A DNA stretch of 32,000 nt from Bacillus subtilis subsp. subtilis str. 168 (GTDB lineage: Bacteria > Bacillota > Bacilli > Bacillales > Bacillaceae), in NCBI RefSeq assembly GCF_000009045.1, contig NC_000964.3, positions 1,890,001-1,922,000 of the forward strand, in the 5' to 3' direction. Shown here in pieces: positions 28,406 through 32,000 of this stretch. The notes under the pieces were generated by a model, which did no database searches, was not told the DNA's origin, and was given only the letters and a program-made list of their open reading frames with translations. Within the stretch, counting starts at the first letter, position 1. Each line of letters begins with the position of its first letter. The translations under genes were made by a program, and so were the position numbers.

Positions 28406-28723
28406 ATGATCATGAGTAAAGAATCTATTATTTTTGTCGGTCTGTTTACAGTGATTTTGAGCGCGGTTATCCTTATGCTGTCATATACAAGCAGCGGCCA
28501 AGAGCTTAATCAGTATGTTAAAATAGAAGTCCAGCAAGGCGACACACTCTGGTCAATTGCTGATCAGGTAGCCGATACAAAAAAGATAAACAAAAATGAT
28601 TTTATTGAATGGGTAGCTGATAAAAATCAACTTCAAACCTCTGATATCCAGCCGGGTGATGAGTTAGTGATCCCATTGAAAAAGAAGCATCAGGATGCAT
28701 ATGAATTAGCAACTGTAAGATAG
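28406..28723 (+). CDS. yneA: SOS-induced cell division inhibitor YneA (TM + LysM); start 28406 or 28412
   Basis: IIFVGLFTVILSAVILMLSY TM then VQQGDTLWSIADQV LysM; divergent from lexA with LexA boxes between. Confidence 0.95.
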   Translation: MIMSKESIIFVGLFTVILSAVILMLSYTSSGQELNQYVKIEVQQGDTLWSIADQVADTKKINKNDFIEWVADKNQLQTSDIQPGDELVIPLKKKHQDAYELATVR

Positions 28724-29692
<969 letters not shown>

Positions 29693-29695
29693 TAT

Positions 29696-29726
29696 AAGAG
29701 GAATACGGCAATATCGTATTCCTCTT
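29696..29726 (+). terminator. terminator AAGAGGAATACG-N7-CGTATTCCTCTT
   Basis: Perfect 12-bp stem with T-run. Confidence 0.88.
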
Positions 29727-29860
29727 TTGCATATACTATAATCAAAACTCTTATGTGACAAAATTCAACAAGTTTCTCTCAAATTTAAGCTGAAACAGTT
29801 GAGAAAAAGTCGTCAGACATTTATGATGTAAGGGTACAACACATAAGGAAGGGGATTTTT

Positions 29861-31864
29861 ATGGATACAATTGAAAAGAAATCAGTTGCTACCATTCGCA
29901 CACTGTCAATAGACGCTATTGAAAAAGCAAATTCTGGTCACCCAGGGATGCCGATGGGAGCCGCTCCAATGGCATACACGCTGTGGACAAAATTTATGAA
30001 CGTAAGTCCGGCAAACCCTGGCTGGTTTAACCGTGACCGTTTTGTTTTATCTGCTGGACACGGGTCAGCACTATTATACAGCATGCTTCATTTAAGCGGG
30101 TTTGATCTTAGTATTGAAGATCTTAAGGGATTCCGCCAGTGGGGCAGCAAAACACCAGGACATCCGGAATTCGGACATACTGCCGGTGTTGATGCTACAA
30201 CAGGTCCGCTTGGCCAAGGAATTGCCATGGCAGTCGGTATGGCAATTGCTGAACGCCATTTAGCGGAAACATACAACCGCGATTCATTTAACGTAGTCGA
30301 TCATTATACATACAGTATTTGCGGTGATGGTGATTTAATGGAAGGTATTTCTTCTGAAGCCGCTTCACTCGCAGGCCATCTTCAGCTTGGCCGTCTGATC
30401 GTACTATACGATTCTAATGACATCTCTCTTGATGGAGACCTCGACCGTTCATTCTCTGAAAACGTGAAACAGCGTTTTGAAGCAATGAATTGGGAAGTTC
30501 TTTATGTTGAGGATGGAAACAATATTGAAGAATTAACAGCGGCTATCGAAAAAGCACGCCAAAATGAAAAGAAACCTACATTAATTGAAGTGAAAACGAC
30601 AATCGGATTCGGTTCACCTAACCGTGCCGGTACATCCGGTGTTCACGGTGCGCCGCTTGGTAAAGAAGAAAGCAAATTAACAAAAGAAGCTTACGCGTGG
30701 ACATATGAAGAAGACTTCTACGTTCCGTCAGAAGTTTATGAGCATTTCGCTGTAGCTGTTAAAGAATCAGGTGAGAAAAAAGAACAAGAATGGAATGCTC
30801 AATTCGCTAAATATAAAGAAGTTTATCCTGAACTTGCTGAACAGCTTGAACTGGCAATCAAAGGAGAGCTTCCGAAGGACTGGGATCAAGAGGTTCCTGT
30901 GTATGAAAAAGGAAGCAGTTTGGCATCCCGTGCATCTTCCGGTGAAGTTCTCAACGGACTTGCGAAAAAAATTCCTTTCTTTGTCGGAGGTTCTGCTGAC
31001 CTAGCGGGATCGAACAAAACGACTATTAAAAATGCCGGTGATTTTACAGCGGTTGATTACTCAGGCAAAAACTTCTGGTTTGGTGTACGTGAATTTGCGA
31101 TGGGTGCGGCCTTAAACGGTATGGCGCTTCATGGCGGTCTTCGTGTATTCGGCGGAACTTTCTTTGTCTTCTCTGATTACCTGCGTCCTGCGATTCGCCT
31201 TGCAGCGTTAATGGGCCTTCCTGTGACATATGTCTTCACACATGACAGTATTGCGGTTGGTGAAGACGGTCCGACGCACGAGCCTGTTGAACAGCTTGCT
31301 TCACTCCGTGCGATGCCTAACCTTTCTTTGATCCGTCCAGCAGACGGCAATGAGACAGCAGCAGCATGGAAGCTTGCAGTGCAAAGCACTGACCACCCAA
31401 CAGCGCTAGTGCTTACACGTCAAAACCTTCCTACCATCGATCAAACATCTGAAGAAGCATTGGCAGGAGTAGAAAAAGGTGCATATGTCGTTTCTAAATC
31501 TAAAAACGAAACACCTGACGCTCTTCTCATCGCTTCCGGATCAGAGGTAGGTCTTGCAATTGAAGCGCAGGCTGAATTGGCAAAAGAAAATATCGATGTT
31601 TCTGTTGTCAGCATGCCTTCAATGGACCGTTTTGAGAAACAATCTGATGAATACAAAAACGAAGTCCTTCCTGCAGATGTGAAAAAACGTCTTGCAATTG
31701 AAATGGGCTCATCATTTGGATGGGGCAAATACACGGGGCTTGAAGGTGACGTTCTCGGCATAGACCGATTCGGTGCATCTGCTCCTGGTGAAACCATCAT
31801 TAACGAATACGGCTTCTCAGTTCCGAACGTAGTGAATCGAGTTAAGGCATTAATCAATAAGTAA
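29861..31864 (+). CDS. tkt: transketolase
   Basis: 667 aa; [55 protein letters not shown]. Confidence 0.98.
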
Positions 31865-31871
31865 GCTTTTG

Positions 31872-31899
31872 AAAGAGGATGAGTCAAATCATCCTCTTT
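31872..31899 (+). terminator. tkt terminator AAAGAGGATGA-N6-TCATCCTCTTT
   Basis: Perfect 11-bp stem plus T-run. Confidence 0.9.
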
Positions 31900-32000
31900 T
31901 TCTTGTTTATCCGACAAAAATAGTATTGGCTGTTTAACAGTAATAGACAATTCTTTCTTTTCTTCTTTTGTATAATAGAGAGCAAATGAAATGCTGCTGG

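Overview
This window matches the Bacillus subtilis group chromosome between the xylose-utilisation locus and tkt. Recognised gene order: xynB(3' end) - xylR - xylA - xylB - yncB - yncC - yncD - yncE - yncF - cotU - thyA - yncM - cotC - tatAC - yndA - yndB - a ynzB-like small gene - yndD/E/F (GerA-type germinant receptor operon) - yndG/H/J - yndK - yndL - yndM - fosB(yndN) - lexA - yneA/yneB/ynzC - tkt. Names are recalled from protein sequence and gene order; no database search was run. I see no large undescribed system. The less routine signals are small or non-coding: (i) a complete promoter plus terminator unit with no annotated gene between fosB and lexA (candidate ~70-nt sRNA or micro-ORF); (ii) a 36-codon single-TM micro-ORF directly upstream of yndD; (iii) a GTG-initiated 58-aa Cys/Tyr-rich micro-ORF with a paired CX3C motif beside decayed coding sequence upstream of thyA; (iv) thyA lying between the paralogous, same-strand cotU and cotC genes, near the phage-related yncE-yncF; (v) a 31-nt near-identical intergenic repeat found twice; (vi) an in-frame 18-codon reading frame ending TAG immediately before the yndL ATG; (vii) small ORFs around yncM, yndB and fosB. 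All coordinates of hand-read ORFs and hairpins should be rechecked computationally.
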